This document shows positions 23,329-24,000 of a DNA stretch of 24,000 bases, one piece after another; positions within the stretch are counted from its first letter, which is position 1, and every line of letters begins with the position of its first letter. The DNA comes from Candidatus Pacearchaeota archaeon (GTDB taxonomy: Archaea > Nanobdellota > Nanobdellia > Pacearchaeales > UBA284), in NCBI GenBank assembly GCA_026016245.1, contig CP061211.1:134353-158352 (forward strand), read 5' to 3'. A program made the position numbers and the translations under genes. The notes below the pieces were generated by a model that searched no databases, was not told the origin of the DNA, and saw only the letters and a program-made list of their open reading frames with translations.

Positions 23329-23442
23329 TATTTATAAACTTTGTGGTTTTAAAATTCAAAGGTTTAAAAGAATATTGTTTTATTTTGTATATTTTATAAT
23401 GTGATAAAACTTATAAAAATCTTTGTATGATAGACCTATATT

Positions 23443-24000
23443 ATGAGATTTCCAATTACAACGGAAAAAACTGAATTTGAGTCAACTAATTTTGTAAATT
23501 TATCGGAAGCATTGCAAGAATCTTTACAAGATATGGATATAATTAACCCCAAAACTTATGAAGCTAAACAAAAATATTTTGATTTGCCTATTGAAGAAGG
23601 GCTCATGTTAAAATGTTTATCTAAATTTTTTGATCTTACTAGTAATTTTCATGTTGGCTGCTCTGCTGATATAAGACCACCAAGTTTTGCTTTTTATATG
23701 TTTAAAGGTTCGGCTGACACAAGAGAAGGTGCATTTAATTTTTATTATCGAAGAATGCTTAAATTAAGTACTTTTTTAGAAAATACTTCTTTTAGAAATG
23801 AAAGAGGTGTCAGAGATCTAGAATCACTTGCAAGGGCTTATAATCAAAGAGAGAATTATGGAGAAAAAATAGGTATCAGTTGGAACGGTTGGACTGGAGA
23901 TGAAGATAAACAATTTGGCAAAACTGGTTTTTCTGGTGCTAATATTAGCCTAGAATTTGATAGTAATTTTTTAAAAGAATTTGATGGAGTTGATGATTTA
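23443..24000 (+). CDS. Partial CDS (N-terminal 186 aa, open to the window edge), unknown function
   Basis: Hand translation from ATG 23443 (MRFPITTEKTEFESTNFVNLSEALQ...FHVGCSADIRPPSFAFYMFKGSADTREGAFNFYYRRM...) is stop-free through position 24000. Not in the ORF track because it is truncated. Confidence 0.6.
   Translation, partial: MRFPITTEKTEFESTNFVNLSEALQESLQDMDIINPKTYEAKQKYFDLPIEEGLMLKCLSKFFDLTSNFHVGCSADIRPPSFAFYMFKGSADTREGAFNFYYRRMLKLSTFLENTSFRNERGVRDLESLARAYNQRENYGEKIGISWNGWTGDEDKQFGKTGFSGANISLEFDSNFLKEFDGVDDL

Noticed and set aside
1-24000. CRISPR arrays, rRNA genes, integrase/recombinase genes
   Set aside because: No regularly spaced direct repeats, no rRNA-like conserved segments, and no R..HxxR..Y or serine-recombinase motifs were seen on either strand.

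Overview
This is AT-rich DNA from a small-genome archaeon. The evidence for an archaeal origin is a TFE-alpha homologue, a tRNA with an anticodon-loop intron at 37/38, TATA-like boxes about 25-30 nt upstream of several start codons, and many short lysine-rich ORFs. A DPANN-type lineage is my inference only. Recognisable core genes are tfe, a MetRS core followed by a separate tRNA-binding-domain gene, tRNA-Gly(CCC) with a 40-nt intron, tRNA-Val(CAC), and an nrdR-nrdD-nrdG operon. In that operon nrdD (1383 aa) carries two LAGLIDADG inteins, and two NrdR-box-like palindromes sit upstream. The most unusual region is 3577-9048. A 26-bp imperfect inverted repeat (22/26) with IS6-type GGTTCTGT termini brackets 5.47 kb, and its right end lies 10 bp from the 3' end of tRNA-Gly. 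Inside are an IS6-family DDE transposase tightly coupled to a gamma-class N6-adenine DNA methyltransferase, an unknown 62/211-aa gene pair convergent on the methylase, and an unlisted 59-aa AbrB/SpoVT-like ORF (ATGA-overlapping a 76-aa ORF) behind three TAACGTTA palindromes spaced 11 bp apart. It also holds a wHTH plus 370-aa unknown pair and a small HExxH protein. Two further operons have no assignable function. One is 9241-11077, whose 382-aa protein has a SWIM zinc finger. The other is a five-gene operon at 14130-17530, ending in two secreted acidic proteins and divergent from a membrane-anchored wHTH regulator across a GC-rich 12-bp palindrome. No CRISPR array or rRNA gene was seen. All functional calls come from motif reading by eye, with no database search.
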